Source: Octopus sinensis
Taxonomy: Eukaryota
Assembly (NCBI RefSeq): GCF_006345805.1
Contig: NC_043014.1
Coordinates: 21,762,001 to 21,826,000, forward strand
Direction: 5' to 3'
DNA: 64,000 nucleotides
The position numbers and the translations under genes are program-made. Each line of letters opens with the position of its first letter. Position 1 is the stretch's first letter. A model generated the notes under the pieces. That model was not told where the DNA came from. It ran no database searches and saw nothing but the letters and a program-made list of their open reading frames with translations. Below are positions 38,525-51,333 of the stretch, piece by piece.

Positions 38525-39020
38525 ACACACACACACACATACAAAGATAAATTGATAGATACAACTGAGTGGGCAAACAAAAATATGAGACATAGCCTAG
38601 TGCTTTTTTATGTTGATAAGCCTGGTACTTATTCTATTAGTTTGTTCTTGTGAAACCAGTAAGTTATGAGGATGTAAATAAATGAACAGCAGTTGTGAAG
38701 CAGTGACGAGGGAGAAACACAAAGACACACACACATAGACTTACATATATACATACATATATATACGATTGATATGTATGTATGTATGTATGTATACACA
38801 CACACACAAAGATAAATTGATAGATACGAGTGGGCAAACAAAAATATGAGACACTGCCTAGTGCTTTTTTTTTATTTTGATAAGCCTGGTACTTATGCTA
38901 TCAGTTTCTTCTTGTGAAACCAGTAAGTTATGGGAATGTAAATAAACGAACACCAGTTGTGAAGCAGTGATGAAGGAGAAACACAAAGACACACACATAG
39001 ACTTACATATATATACAATT
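38525..39020. repeat. 265-bp tandem duplication containing a SINE 3' half
   Basis: caaagataaattgatagatac at 38542 and 38807. Confidence 0.85.
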
Positions 39021-39177
39021 GATTTCTTTCAATTTCTGTCTACAAAATCCACTGACAAGGCTTTGGTTGGTCTGAGGCTATAGCAGAAGACACATGGCAA
39101 GTTACCACACAGTGGGACTGAACTGAGGACCATGTGTTTTGGAACCAAGTTTGTTACCACACAGCCACACCTGCACC

Positions 39178-39392
39178 TATGTATGTGTGTGTATGTGTGT
39201 GTGTGTATGCGTGTATATATGTATGCATGTATATATGTGTATATATATGTGTATATATTACATGTACATCTATATATATATATACATCTACACATACATA
39301 TATACATATACATCTATATATATACATGTATACATATACAGTTGTACATATAAATGTATACATATACATCTATATATATACATGTATGCATG

Positions 39393-39427
<35 letters not shown>

Positions 39428-39447
39428 CATCCATATATATATACATG

Positions 39448-39479
<32 letters not shown>

Positions 39480-39499
39480 CATCCATATATATATACATG

Positions 39500-39540
<41 letters not shown>
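39178..39540. repeat. Mosaic (TA)n/(TG)n/(CA)n microsatellite
   Basis: Direct inspection. Confidence 0.95.
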
Positions 39541-39541
<1 letters not shown>

Positions 39542-39569
39542 AAGTTAAATTTAAAATAATAAGGGTGAA

Positions 39570-39970
39570 AAATTGAATATTAATTTGATTAATATGAATT
39601 GAAAACCAGTGGTGTAGCATATAAGACCATAGCGGATCTTCTAGCAAAACGGATGTCCACTGTTAATGGTTCATTCCTGTTATATAATAGTTTCACTTTA
39701 TTAGTTTCAGTATTAAAGTGAAAGCATCTGACATTACAATAGAGAGATGTTTTTCTTTCACTTTTAACACGTAATACTGAAATAGTAGAGAAGATATGAT
39801 ATTGCTGTGGGCTCGCTCTAGGCAAGAAGTTAAAAATTTTTTTTTGCCCATGACACTACATGGACCCTAAGTAAGGCATGTGTAAAATTCGAATGAAATT
39901 GGTTGTGTAGTTCTCAAGTTTTAGGGATTCGCACAGACAGACACACATTCTCAGTTTTATATAGAGATAT
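39570..39970 (-). mobile_element. Non-autonomous Helitron-type element, 5' part
   Basis: Minus strand starts a|tctctatataaaactgag. Segment 39570-39660 recurs inverted at about 53878-53970; segment 39700-39870 recurs at about 59995-60130. Confidence 0.6.
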
Positions 39971-41315
39971 TAGAGAGAGAGAAGTTGCTAACCCCTAAGC
40001 CCAAACCTACACAGGACTGGGGTCAGCCAGCATCATCATTTGATTAACAACGACCAATCAGAGACCAGTCAAGTGTGTGTGAGAGAAATAAATAGAAAGA
40101 AAGAAAGAGAAGTCAACCCCAATACTTGACAGATACTTGACTCTAGAATTATCAAAGACAAAAATAACTTCAGCAGGATTTGAACACAGAATACAAAGAG
40201 ATGGAACAAATACTACACTCCTAATCATTCTGCTGATCCATTTCCAGGGTAGGATGGTTTAGTTTGTTGAAGCAACTTTTTTGTTTTTGCTTCTTTTTAC
40301 AGTTGGCTGATCGTAGTTTGTACTCTTACTCTCAACAGTGGAGAGGGAGTCTCTACATGAACACTCAACCTGCAGTAACAGCCACATCTTCTAGAAAACT
40401 TAACACTTTGTTTTGAATAAAGAGCAGTTGCTAATATAGAAAATAACAGGATGGTCATGGTTGAATTACCTTTGATCATAAGTCTGCTTAATCAGAATTA
40501 AACAAAAACAATAATAACTAAGTAGGGAGAAAACTTGTCTTTTGTCAGTCAATGAAACTGGAGTTTACAGAGTTATGCCGCTTGCTTAGTCATACAGAAC
40601 AATGTCTTTTTACCTAATTAGAGATGGAGAGCTAATGTAATATATTGAACAAAATAGTTAACTAAAATAACACTGCTAATGAAGAGGAAGACAGCACTAA
40701 TGATAATTTTTATCATGAAAAGGAAGAGAGATAATGCTAAAATCCAAATTATTTATACAATTAATATAGACACGCAGCAGGGAGCAATGTTTGGTTAAAG
40801 TGACATCTTGACATATTTTAGTCTTATTGGACCTCCTCAGCAAAAATTTTTTACCAATGTGAGAATAAAGATTTTTGAATGACAAATATTCACTGATAAG
40901 GAAAAAAATTTAAATAATGGGAGAGGAAGAGGCTTCAACTTCAGTCACTGTGCCATTCTGTTAAAAAACCACAAGAAATATTTCAACCACTATTTATCAA
41001 AATGTTTACAAATTACAAAAAAAGAAAAATTCTCCCTAAATGTGGTCAACATTTTAATATATTTTGTTCTCACAAGAAAATAGAGGAGCTTCTATATGGT
41101 TGTTCTGACTGACAGAAATAGTAGTCAAATCTCCCTCAAATCACATTTTAACATCTTAAAAAACAAAGAACATTTATCTCATAATAATATAGTCTTATAC
41201 ATTGTCTGAAAAGTAAAATAAAGATAAGATGTTCTTATATGAAATATCTTTGATCGTAAGATCTACTCAATCAGACCTCAAATTGAACAACAACAATTAC
41301 AGCCTGCAATAACTG

Positions 41316-42560
41316 CAGGGATTGGACAAAATAATGGAAACACCTTAAAATTTCAAACAAATTTATTTTAATATGGGGTAGGGCCACCTTTGGCAGTAAT
41401 TACAGCTTGAATTCTACAAGGTATGGACTCATACAAAGTTTTAATTGTATCCAGAGAAATTTTTGTCCATTCTTTAGCTAAAACAGTCTCCAGTTTTTGT
41501 AATGATGATGGCGGAAGATATCAACTCCTTACTTGTTTTTCTAAAATGCACCATAAATGTTCAATAATATTGAAATCTGGGAACTGTGGAGGCTAGATAA
41601 GATGTTCATCTTCACTAGAATGTTCCTCATGCCATTCAGTAACAACTTTAGCTGTGTGAATTGGTACATTATCATCCTGAAAGATTGTGTTTCCCTCCAG
41701 AAACAGTTCTGTAACTATAAGATGAATTTGATCAGATAAAATGCTTAAATAGTCTTGACTATTAATTCTGCCATGAAGGGAAACCACTGGACTGGCAGAT
41801 TTCCAAGATATAGCTCCCCCAGATCATCACAGATCGTCCTACATGTTTAACAGTTGGAAAAAGACAGTCTAGGTCAAATGCTTCTTTTGGCTGTCTCCAC
41901 ATGTATACTCGGCCGGTGGTCGGAAATAAGGTAACGGATGACTCGTCCGAGAAAATAACATTCTTCCACTGCTCTAGGGACCAATTCTGGAAGCTTTTAC
42001 TCCACTCTAAACACTTTGCAATGTTTGTTTTTGAAAGTAGTGGTTTTCTGATTGTAGCCCTCCTGTGAAATCCGGCTTTGTGCAGCTCCCGGCAAACAGT
42101 TTTTGTGGAAACTGGGTTCTGAAGGTGGTCATTAAGCTCTGCAGTAATTTTGGGGACTGTACTTTTGTGATCCTTTTTAACAATTCATGTAAGAGTCCGA
42201 CAGTCCCTATCTGAAAGCCTTGGTTTTCTTCTGGAGTTTTGTTTCAACGAGGAGGTTTTTCCCTCTTTCTCAAAGGCTGTCATTACTTTCCAGATAGTAC
42301 TTCTTGATACACCAAACATTTCGGTTATTTTCGTTTCACTATTGCCTGTGATACAAGCACCTCTTTGATAGACCCAAATAACTTCCAAATGGCAGTCTTC
42401 AGCACAGCAATCGTATTGCATTGAACCTGTCTTCAATGACACCCCATGCTCCAAACTCAGATGGATTTATATCTGGGTAGCTAGAAGGTTAGATTCCTCT
42501 GAAATTAAAAATTAGAATGTTTACCTTTAAATAATACTGAAGATGCTTTGAACTATGTAC
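41316..42560 (-). mobile_element. Decayed Tc1 (DD34E-type) transposon
   Basis: HTH fragment FGVSRSTIWKV...GKT; FQDDNVPIHTAK; WPPQFPDFNIIEHLW; one TIR cagggattggacaaaataatggaaaca. Confidence 0.88.
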
Positions 42561-43313
42561 TGGTGTAAAATAACCTCATTCAGATGCCAATGTTTAGTAA
42601 ACCATGACATCAAAATCTAAAAGATGTTCAAATATGCCGTTGTACTGCGCTTGCAACATCGAACATCATTCATGAGACTAGATTATTGCTTCATATCACA
42701 ACAAAAGCTTTGGCAGCCTTAAAAGCAATAATCCTGTAGTTGTGGTGATTGATAATTTAGTAGACTATGAATTTTACTTTCACCTAAAAAGATTCTTTCC
42801 TTCTATATAATTGAAAAGCTTGGGCTCTCTCAGCTCTAAGAGCTTTACCAAAGGCTATGAGAATGCTTCAACATCTGCAAGTATATGACTTCAACCCTAA
42901 GTTTTTTTTCATGTTCCCCACCCCACCTACTGTCTTTTTTTTTACAAGATTGGTAATGCTGATGGAAAGATACCATGGCAATCATTTTAGATCAGCCTGT
43001 GTGCAAGAAATAGTTTGAGACTGAGAACATCTGTAATCATAAACTAAGTTAAAGTATGGCAAGTTATTGCCTTAGAATATCCTTCAATGGTAATGATTTC
43101 CTAAGAGCCATGCTCTGTGTGGCTCATTTCAGCAATATTTCACTGCAACGATTCCATAATTCTAGTACAATCTACCACAATCTTCAACTAGTAACAAAAC
43201 AAAGTTTATATCTTAAACCTATTTAACATGTAAGCTAAATAGGTTTAAAATTTTTAATTCATGAAACTTATCAAGATGACATTTTAAAAAAACAGTCTCA
43301 ATTTAACAGGTTA

Positions 43314-43372
<59 letters not shown>

Positions 43373-45825
43373 TGTGTGTGTGTGTCTCTCTCTCTCTCTT
43401 TCTCTCTGCTTTGAATATATTTATAGATAGACTTAAATCAAGAAAAAAATCAAGATGTGACAACATCGAACATTTTAAGGCTATTTCCCTGCTAAAGCAG
43501 AGCTTAGCCTTGTAAACCTGAGGATAGTCTAGTCATCTTGTTTCCATTTTGAAGCTGTGTTTTATTGATTTGAGGTCCTTCCTGATTCCATCCCTCTTAG
43601 TCATTTCTTCTATAATATACAGAGATACAGCATACTTATCAGCCTAAAACTGGGATATACACTTTAACAAGATATAACAAAACACTCAGACCTACATGTG
43701 TGTCATATTACAAATATTTTGTTTGTAGAGAGGTTCTTATGAAATATTGATTTAAATGTATTTTTATGTAAACTTACAAACATTTCTGATTGCCTAAAAA
43801 TATAGTTTCTTTAGTTCCACAACTAATAATTTAAAGAGAAACTACATCTGTTCATTATCAAGCATGTCTAGAACTCCTACCATATCATGATTGAAAGTTA
43901 ATTTAAGAACATTTAGAATTTAAAATTGAATTTTTTTAATGCAACCCTAAGTAAAACTTAGTAAGTAAAATTAACAATGGTTTTAGAATATATACACATA
44001 CACCCATCAAAGATAAATCTTAACTCATACAAAACTGAACCAAAGTTATTTTAAAGTATTCCATAAATATTTAACAATTTCAAAACTATGACAAATATCA
44101 ATAGAAATGAAAATGGAATTTGAAAATCAAGTAGTTACACACAAAACATGTACAGTAAATCCCTAATTAATTCCAATACTACATATAGTTTTGACAAGTT
44201 TTCTTGTTTCATCAGTCGGAGCTGGCTTTCAGTTTTCATATAACCTTTGGCTGACTAAAAGGCTAATTTAAGGTCTCTAAAGTCACTCTAAGGTCACTTA
44301 GTATAGTGATAAATTTATAAATCAATAAAGTCACAAAGAATCAAGAATGCTGTATATAAAATTCCTATATGCATGTGTGCCAATCAAGAACCAATTCTGT
44401 ACAAAAATTAGGTGAATTCATTCACAAGTGCAGCATATACAAGATTAACCCATTAGTTTTTAAACTGGTCATAACTGGTCAAAAGTTCTACCTGTAAAGC
44501 ACAATGAAAGGTAGATCTGGTGAGATTGTTGAAATGTTAGAATGGATGCATGCTGCACAGGAGGAGAACCCCAGCCAGACTTCTCATGAACAAGGAACTG
44601 GGTAAGCAATAGTGATTGTGTGTGGTGGGGAGCATAATATGGCAGAGAAATGGGTAGATAAAGTAATCAAGGAACCTTGGAGTGTGCAGTAGGAAAGTTA
44701 AGCTTATATTAGTCTTGGAAAATACAATGGCAACATTTATCTGCAAGAGATCCTCAATTGGGACTAGCAGATAAACAAAAGATAAGGACCAGTTTTACCT
44801 CAACAATGTACAAGAATGACCTTATATTCATGGCTAGTGACTTCAATATGTTAAGCAGCACTCTGATGGGTTCCATTGTGTACATGGAGGTTATGGCTTT
44901 GGTTCTAGAAATGAGGAGAGAAAACTTTTGGAATTCTGTGATGCAAATGACCTAATCATCTGTAATACAATGAATTATCAATCTGATGAGCACACAAGCC
45001 AGACTGATGACATTCTCACTAGAAAACAGGATAGGCAGATGGTTGTAAATGCAAAGTCCTTCTCAGACAAAGAATGTACAACTCAATATAGGCTACTGGT
45101 TAGTCACTTCAGATTCAGAGCTTGAAAGACTCAGAGACACAAACCAATCTGGAAAAGGTGGATATGAAAGCTTAAAGATACACTGACCACAGAGAAATGT
45201 AGAGAAGTATTAATTGAAGTATTTGACAAAGAGGAGGAAACAAACATAAAAATACAGAGGACAACTGTTAGTTCCTGCAGGGCAACCTATTGAGGGTTAC
45301 ACACTACATCTGTGGTTGATGCAAAGTTCCAGCCAGAACAAGGGTGATGTGATGGTGGAACAGTGAGGCAGAGAGAGCCATAAAAGCTAAGAGACAGACT
45401 TGGAAAGAGAGGAAGAATAGGGGCAGTAAGGAATTATTTAGTTACTCTTCTAGGTTGCAAGAAGAAGAACTAGGCAACAGGTTTACTTAGAAAGAAGAGA
45501 AGCAGTAAGAAATTTGCCTAAGTACTTTAGTGTGAGGACCAGAGGCATGAAGTGTTCTGAATTGCAAGGCTGTGTATTAGAGAAAAGTACAAACAGATGG
45601 ATAATGACACACTTGGACTTTGTAATTCTGCAGAGTCATGGAAATGCTACTATGAAAGATATCAAATGTTAAGGACACATGGGAGAAAGCAGGTCTTCCC
45701 AATGCTGACCCAATAGAAGGTCCAGCTATTCTAGAAGACAAGTGTACTATAGAGAAAGCAATTAAGGATATGAAAGCAGAGAAAGCCTATGTATGGAATA
45801 CCAGGAGTAAGTGCTAAGATGCTTT

Positions 45826-46478
45826 ACCCTATCGCACTGTGTTCCTGGTATTGCAGGATTAACTTAAATGTAATCTCTACCAGATTTCCATTAAAGTTGT
45901 AATGAACAACATATAAAAAAAGATAAACTACTAAAAATAGACAACTAATCACATGGCAGCATTGTAGTCAAGTGTATTTATGACTCCTTGTTAATGATGT
46001 CCCCCATTGCTATTGTTTAATTTTGTTTTTAATCAGGAAAAAAAAAAAAATTGCAATGAAACACATGTGTGATGAACCCAGCAAGATAAACAAGCAAGGC
46101 CTAGACTCTTTACAGTGAAGAAAATTATTGATACTGATTCTTCTTGACAAAGAGTTTACCCTTACACAGACAATGAGAGTGATTCAGACAATCAAACTAG
46201 AGAAAGTGATAAAAAATGTAGCAATCTGAGTGAAAAATACCGTAATAGAGATAGGCCTCTTATTGCTATTCTTTGATTTTTTTTTCTGTCCATTACCATA
46301 CAGTAATTGAGAGATAGGCCTATTATTGTAATTCTCCTGAATTTTTTAGTGATTCTGTTCATTAATTTGCCCGCAATCGTTACCCTTGAGCTGTGAATGC
46401 AACTATTTATTTTTTAGTTCAGGAACCCAGGTGGAGGGTAAAATTAGACACACGGCCCAGGTCTGAGAAGGTTAAAAT
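45826..46478. mobile_element. piggyBac-like MITE inserted in the RTE remnant
   Basis: Starts ttaccct..., ends ...gagaaggttaa; internal acidic SDSD-like coding relic; splits RTE homology. Confidence 0.4.
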
Positions 46479-46942
46479 ATCTTGCAGTGTAGGATACAGT
46501 TTAGTTACTCACACAGTCAATCAGTTTTCTTAACTGCTCAGGAGAATCCTTAGAGGTAGTAGATAACTTCTGTTGACTAGGTAACCTAATTAGCAGTGGA
46601 GAGAGATGTTCTGAAAACATAGTTACTAAAATAAAAACAGGCTGAAGAAAATCCAGAGATCTCTGTTGGTAACAAAAGTTTCTCTTTCAGAGTAAAAGGC
46701 AGACTGTATGATGCTTATGTACATGGTAGAGAGATGTGGGCCATGAATGATGAGGATAAGCAAAGGCTAGAAAAAACCAGACTATCCGTAACCCATTGGG
46801 TCACCGGGAAACTCTGAGTTTCCCAGCAATGGAGTTTAGTTTTATGGTTTTTTTTTTCTTTTCCAGGTTATTTTGCATGCTTTCAACGAATGTGACATTG
46901 AAATCATGAGTAAACAGCTCCTTTGCTCCCAGAAAAGGAAAG

Positions 46943-47052
46943 ATTTGGCTGCTATTTCCTGCATGCCCTGCTACCACATAACAGGTATTTGAGTCTTTTA
47001 TCACAAATAGCTGTTACATGATAGCAGGGCATGCTAGAAATAGCAGCCAAAT
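46943..47052. repeat. Short hairpin: 49-bp inverted repeats, 12-nt loop
   Basis: 46943-46991 versus 47004-47052, 43/49 complementary. Confidence 0.85.
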
Positions 47053-48361
47053 TTTTGGAGGTGAGATACATTGAATGCACTAAAAAAATACCCTATGGAA
47101 AAAAACTATTTCACACTGAGGTTACAAATGGGTCTTTTATGAAATATTTTCACTTTAGAATATTTTTTAAATATGCCAAAAAAATTTTTATAATGGTATT
47201 CACTTGAAAATAATTTTAAAAAACATTAAAATATTGTCTGTTTAAAGAAAGCTAAAATATAAATTACTAAACATTTTTGAAATCACATTCACTTTAAAAT
47301 ATTTCTAAATGATTAAAATATTGTTTAACAAAACCGAAAATAGAAACATTTACTGTAAAAAAAAAAAAATCATATTTTTTCCATTGTCAACTTACTGTGT
47401 CTAATAGAAAGATAAGAGTTTCTTCACTTTCAGGATGAAGATTATTTTCGGAACATTTTCTCATTTCACATGGTTTTGGATATTTATACCCTGAAAATCT
47501 CTGACATCTCAAAAACCACTTTACCGATTTACACAAAACTTGTTTCATTCCATTCATATTAACATTTCAAGGTAAACTTAATTTATAGTATTTTCCTATT
47601 ATGCGCCAGTTTGGCCGAACAACACTGCAAGCAAGCAAGCAAGATTCAATGTGACTTCATAGATAGAGCTATGTCCGTGCACATAAAAAAAAAGTACAAT
47701 TATGTTAAAAGAAAAATTGGGCATAAGAAGAAGCAGATGCAGTGTGCAAAAAGAAAGACTATGCTGGTATGGACATGTGATGCACATAATAAAGAAGAGG
47801 TGATCATTTAATGTGGATGGAGCTTGGAGACATGTGACGAAGTTGTGAAAGCTGATCTTAGGTCTTTGAACTTTATGGAGCTGAAAAAAGACCAGAATAA
47901 CTAGTGATATGCAGTACTCAAGAAAACCTACTCATTTCAGTGAATATACATGACTGGCACCTTGGCCAATTTGCTCATCAAGCCTTCCCCAGCCTCTCAT
48001 CTTTCTACTACTGATCTAATCACTTGCCTATCAAGGCAGAACTACACTTTTCATCACATTTCATTTTCATCTTTTTCTGTGAAACCAGTTATCCTTCTCG
48101 CTACTCAGAACCACTTCACCTGACATTCATCGTTCATTCTTAAATTACGTCCCTTTCTTTATATTGATCACCCATCTGTACTACCAAATTATCTTCCCAC
48201 TCTGCTAGACCACTTCTTGTTGACTAGACTCTTACCATACATTCTCTCACTCTTCCCATGCACATCAGTCTCTCTCCACACCCTTGTAATCTATCCACCT
48301 TTCTATACTGCCTGTTACTACCTGCTCTCCCATACCTGATTTCTAACTCATATTCATTATA

Positions 48362-49625
48362 CGAAGGTTGGCTGAAAAGTTCATAGGCTGATCAAGATAC
48401 TCTCATGGAAAGTGACCAGATGAGGTTTATTTTTTAACATAGTCCCCCTTGCACTCCACACACTTCTTCTATCGATGTTGCAGTGCTTGGATCACATAGG
48501 TGAAAAAGCTTCCATTCTGTTGGTCAAAAAAGTCATTAACAGCAGATATGATGCCATCACCATTGCAATAGTTGTTCCCAGCCAAGTGTTTTTTCATGTT
48601 GGGGAACAGATAATAGTCACATGGGGCCAAATCAGAAGAATAGGGAGGGTGACCAACCAGTTTAAAGTCAGTCATTCATAACAGCCATTGAAACCAAGGA
48701 CTTGTGTGCTAGAACATTGTCCTGATGAAACAAAGATTTCTTTTGTGTAGTTTTCTTGGGCATTGATAGCCTTTAATAACTGCCTCTGCAAGTTGGCATA
48801 GTACTCTCCATTAATGGTGGGGTCCTTTTGAAGATAGTAAATAAACACAATGCCTTTTTCATCCCCAACAACTTAGGCCATTGCATTCCCTGCAGACGGA
48901 ACGACCTTGCCTTGGCAGGTGAAATGACCATGGCAGGTGAGGACAGGTGTTTATACATCATGGATTATCTCTTTGTCTCTGGCTTAAAGTGATGAACCCA
49001 ACACTCATCCTGGCTTAGGAAACGTTCAAGGAAACCAACCAGATCTGCTTCAAACAATATCAGATTTTGCTGTAATATGATCAGCCTGGTGTGCTTTTGA
49101 TCAGGTGTTAGAAGACTTGACATCCACCAAGCAGAAACCTTTGTGATGTCAAGTTCATTGATGAGAATATTCTCAACTTTCTCACAAGATATGTTAACAG
49201 CATTGACTATTTGAGTTATAGTCAACTGCCTGTCATTCATCAGCATGTGATGAAGACAATCAGTGGTGGAACGTGCAGGATGTCCAGACCTTGGGTCATC
49301 TTCATGACTCTCCCTTCTGCTCCTAAATTCAGCTACCCACTTTTGCACTCTTGATAAAGCTGCAGAGCCATCCCTCTATGTAACAACCACATCAGCATGA
49401 ATGTTGTTGGGTGCTATACCCCTTTCCTGCTGGTACTTCATAACATCATGACATCAAATTTTGTCGATTTTCGAGAGAAGTCACTACTAGTTACATTTGA
49501 TGTCTTCTTTGAACAGTCAAATGTCAGTTTACCTGGAAAGAAACAATGCAGTTATTAATAAGAGCTGAAATTAATACATGCATGGTTTCGCAGCTCTAGT
49601 ATCACTCCTTCATAGTCAGCCCATC
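48362..49625 (-). mobile_element. Near full-length decayed mariner (DD34D-type) transposon
   Basis: TA plus TIR cgaaggttggctgaaaagttc; ORF pieces WVAEFR..RES.EDDPRSGHP and HPPYSSDLAPCDYYLFPNMKK. Confidence 0.9.
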
Positions 49626-50554
49626 TTTGTAGATCACTCTTCCAATCTTGTTTACTATTCACCACAGCCATCCTTCAAGCAAACCCAATTTTTATAGTTA
49701 TCCCATACTCTTCATTACTCATCCCTCAACAATTGCTCATTATATTCCACCTCTCACTCAATCCCCATCTCTAACCCTCCCTCAGTTCTCCCCTTACACT
49801 CTTACAGTCCCTATTCACTCATCTTTTCTGTTCTTCTGTTTCCACTCAACTCTATCTTCTTGTACCTTGAGGGTTTAACCTGACCCCTATTACCACCATC
49901 TTAAACTTTCCAGCTACTCACTGATTCCTTCCACCCAATCTCGTATAATGGGAACAGCCACACATCTCCTCTACAGCAAGAAACCTTCTTTCATACCTTA
50001 ACTTCTCATCACCATGCATTAAGTTGCCTCCTTCTCTAGTGTAGTGCAGTCAGTCAAAGATCTTAGTTTTGCAAGCTACATGGCAACTTCACTAGTGTTG
50101 ATGCAATGAAAAAAGCACCAAGTACACTATAAAGTGGTTGGTGTTAGGGAGGAAGGACATCCTGTTGTAGAAATCATGCCAAAACAAACATTAGAGTGCA
50201 ATGCAGTCCTCCAACTTATGGAACTCTATCAAACCATCCAACTCATACCAGCATGGAAGGCAGACATTAAGAGATGATGATATTATATATATATACTCTT
50301 TACTCTTTTACTTGTTTCAGTCATTTTGACTGCGGCCATGCTGGAGCACCGCCTTTAGTCGAGCAAATCGACCCCAGGACTTATTCTTTGTAAGCCCAGT
50401 ACTTATTCTATCGGTCTCTTTTTGCCGAACCGCTAAGTGACGGGGACTTATATATATATATATATATAACATCAAATGTAGGATAAAATTTTTCGAAAAA
50501 AATTCTATCAATGGCCAGCATATTAAAAAATACCTTTAAAGGTTAAATTTATAA

Positions 50555-51252
50555 ACAATTTATAAGTAAGGGCAAAAGAAAAAATTTCTAATGTTAAAAT
50601 ATGCTGAAACTAGACATAACGTCAATAACCATGTAATTTATCACTACAAGCATGCATTTTGAAGAAAGCCGTCGGGAATTTCTAAAAAATCCCATTATTA
50701 CCATATCGGACCTGATTTCAGAGTTTGTTCATAAGAACTTTCCCTTCATCAGTGATAAATGCGGCAAAGAAATAAGTGAAATACTCACTTATACCCACGG
50801 AAGAAGCGAACACTAAGTCATGAGCAGAATTAAGTACCCCAAATATATCCAAAATAGAAACTCTCTAGCCTATCTCGAGATAGTGTTCACTTCCGGACTC
50901 TCTCACTTTATGAGAGTTTTTCAGTTCGAATCGCACGTGTCTCGTGGTGTGCTAGAGAGTTTCTATTTTAGATATATTTGGGGTACTTAATTGTGTTCGC
51001 TTCTTCCATGGGTATAAGTGAGTATTTCACTTATTTCTTTGCCACATTTATCACTGATGAAGGGAAGGTTCTTATGAACAAACTCTGAAATCGGGTTCAA
51101 TATGGTGATAACGGGATTTTTTAGAAATTTCTGTAGGCTTTCTTCGAAACGCGTGCTTGTAGTGATAAATTACATGGTTATTGACGTTATGTCTATTTTC
51201 GGCATATTTTTGGCATTAGAAATTTTTTCTTTTGCCCTTACTTATAAATTGT
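50555..51252. repeat. Foldback element: ~300-bp inverted repeats (50555-50869 / 50951-51252), 81-bp spacer; Penelope-like origin inferred
   Basis: Arms clearly complementary, with a 14-nt indel (taagtcatgagcag) and scattered substitutions; (TA)n on both sides. Confidence 0.92.
51046..51170 (+). ncRNA. Hammerhead-like motif, variant; more degenerate mirror copy on the minus strand at about 50637-50761
   Basis: AUUUAUCAC-UGAUGA-[AGGGAAG...CUUUCUUC]-GAAA-C-GCGUGCUU-GUA|GUGAUAAAU; 9-bp stem I, but the C3 position appears paired or absent. Confidence 0.45.
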
Positions 51253-51257
51253 ATATA

Positions 51258-51333
<76 letters not shown>

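Larger units (their letters stand above)
44630..47930 (+). mobile_element. Highly decayed, interrupted RTE LINE (AP-endonuclease, linker and 3' RT fragments)
   Basis: AEKWVDKV, IFMASDFN, EFCDANDLIICNT, EKAIKDMKA, GESLEVVDNF, RVKGRLYDA fragments; interrupted by DNA elements. Confidence 0.7.

Noticed and set aside
39029-39647. Long overlapping YI/VC/HT-repeat ORFs (also near 12.2, 43.3, 51.2 and 61.9 kb)
   Set aside because: Translations of TA/TG/CA microsatellites.
40297-40479. ORF MTILLFSILATALYSK... with a phase-0 gtaaga donor as the missing first exon
   Set aside because: It is the antisense of an interspersed repeat found many times in the window and lacks the expected KxxxG motif.
40618-40716. 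Hydrophobic minus-strand mini-ORF MIKIIISAVFLFISSV... as a signal-peptide exon
   Set aside because: It ends in a stop before any in-phase donor; AT-rich DNA gives such peptides by chance.
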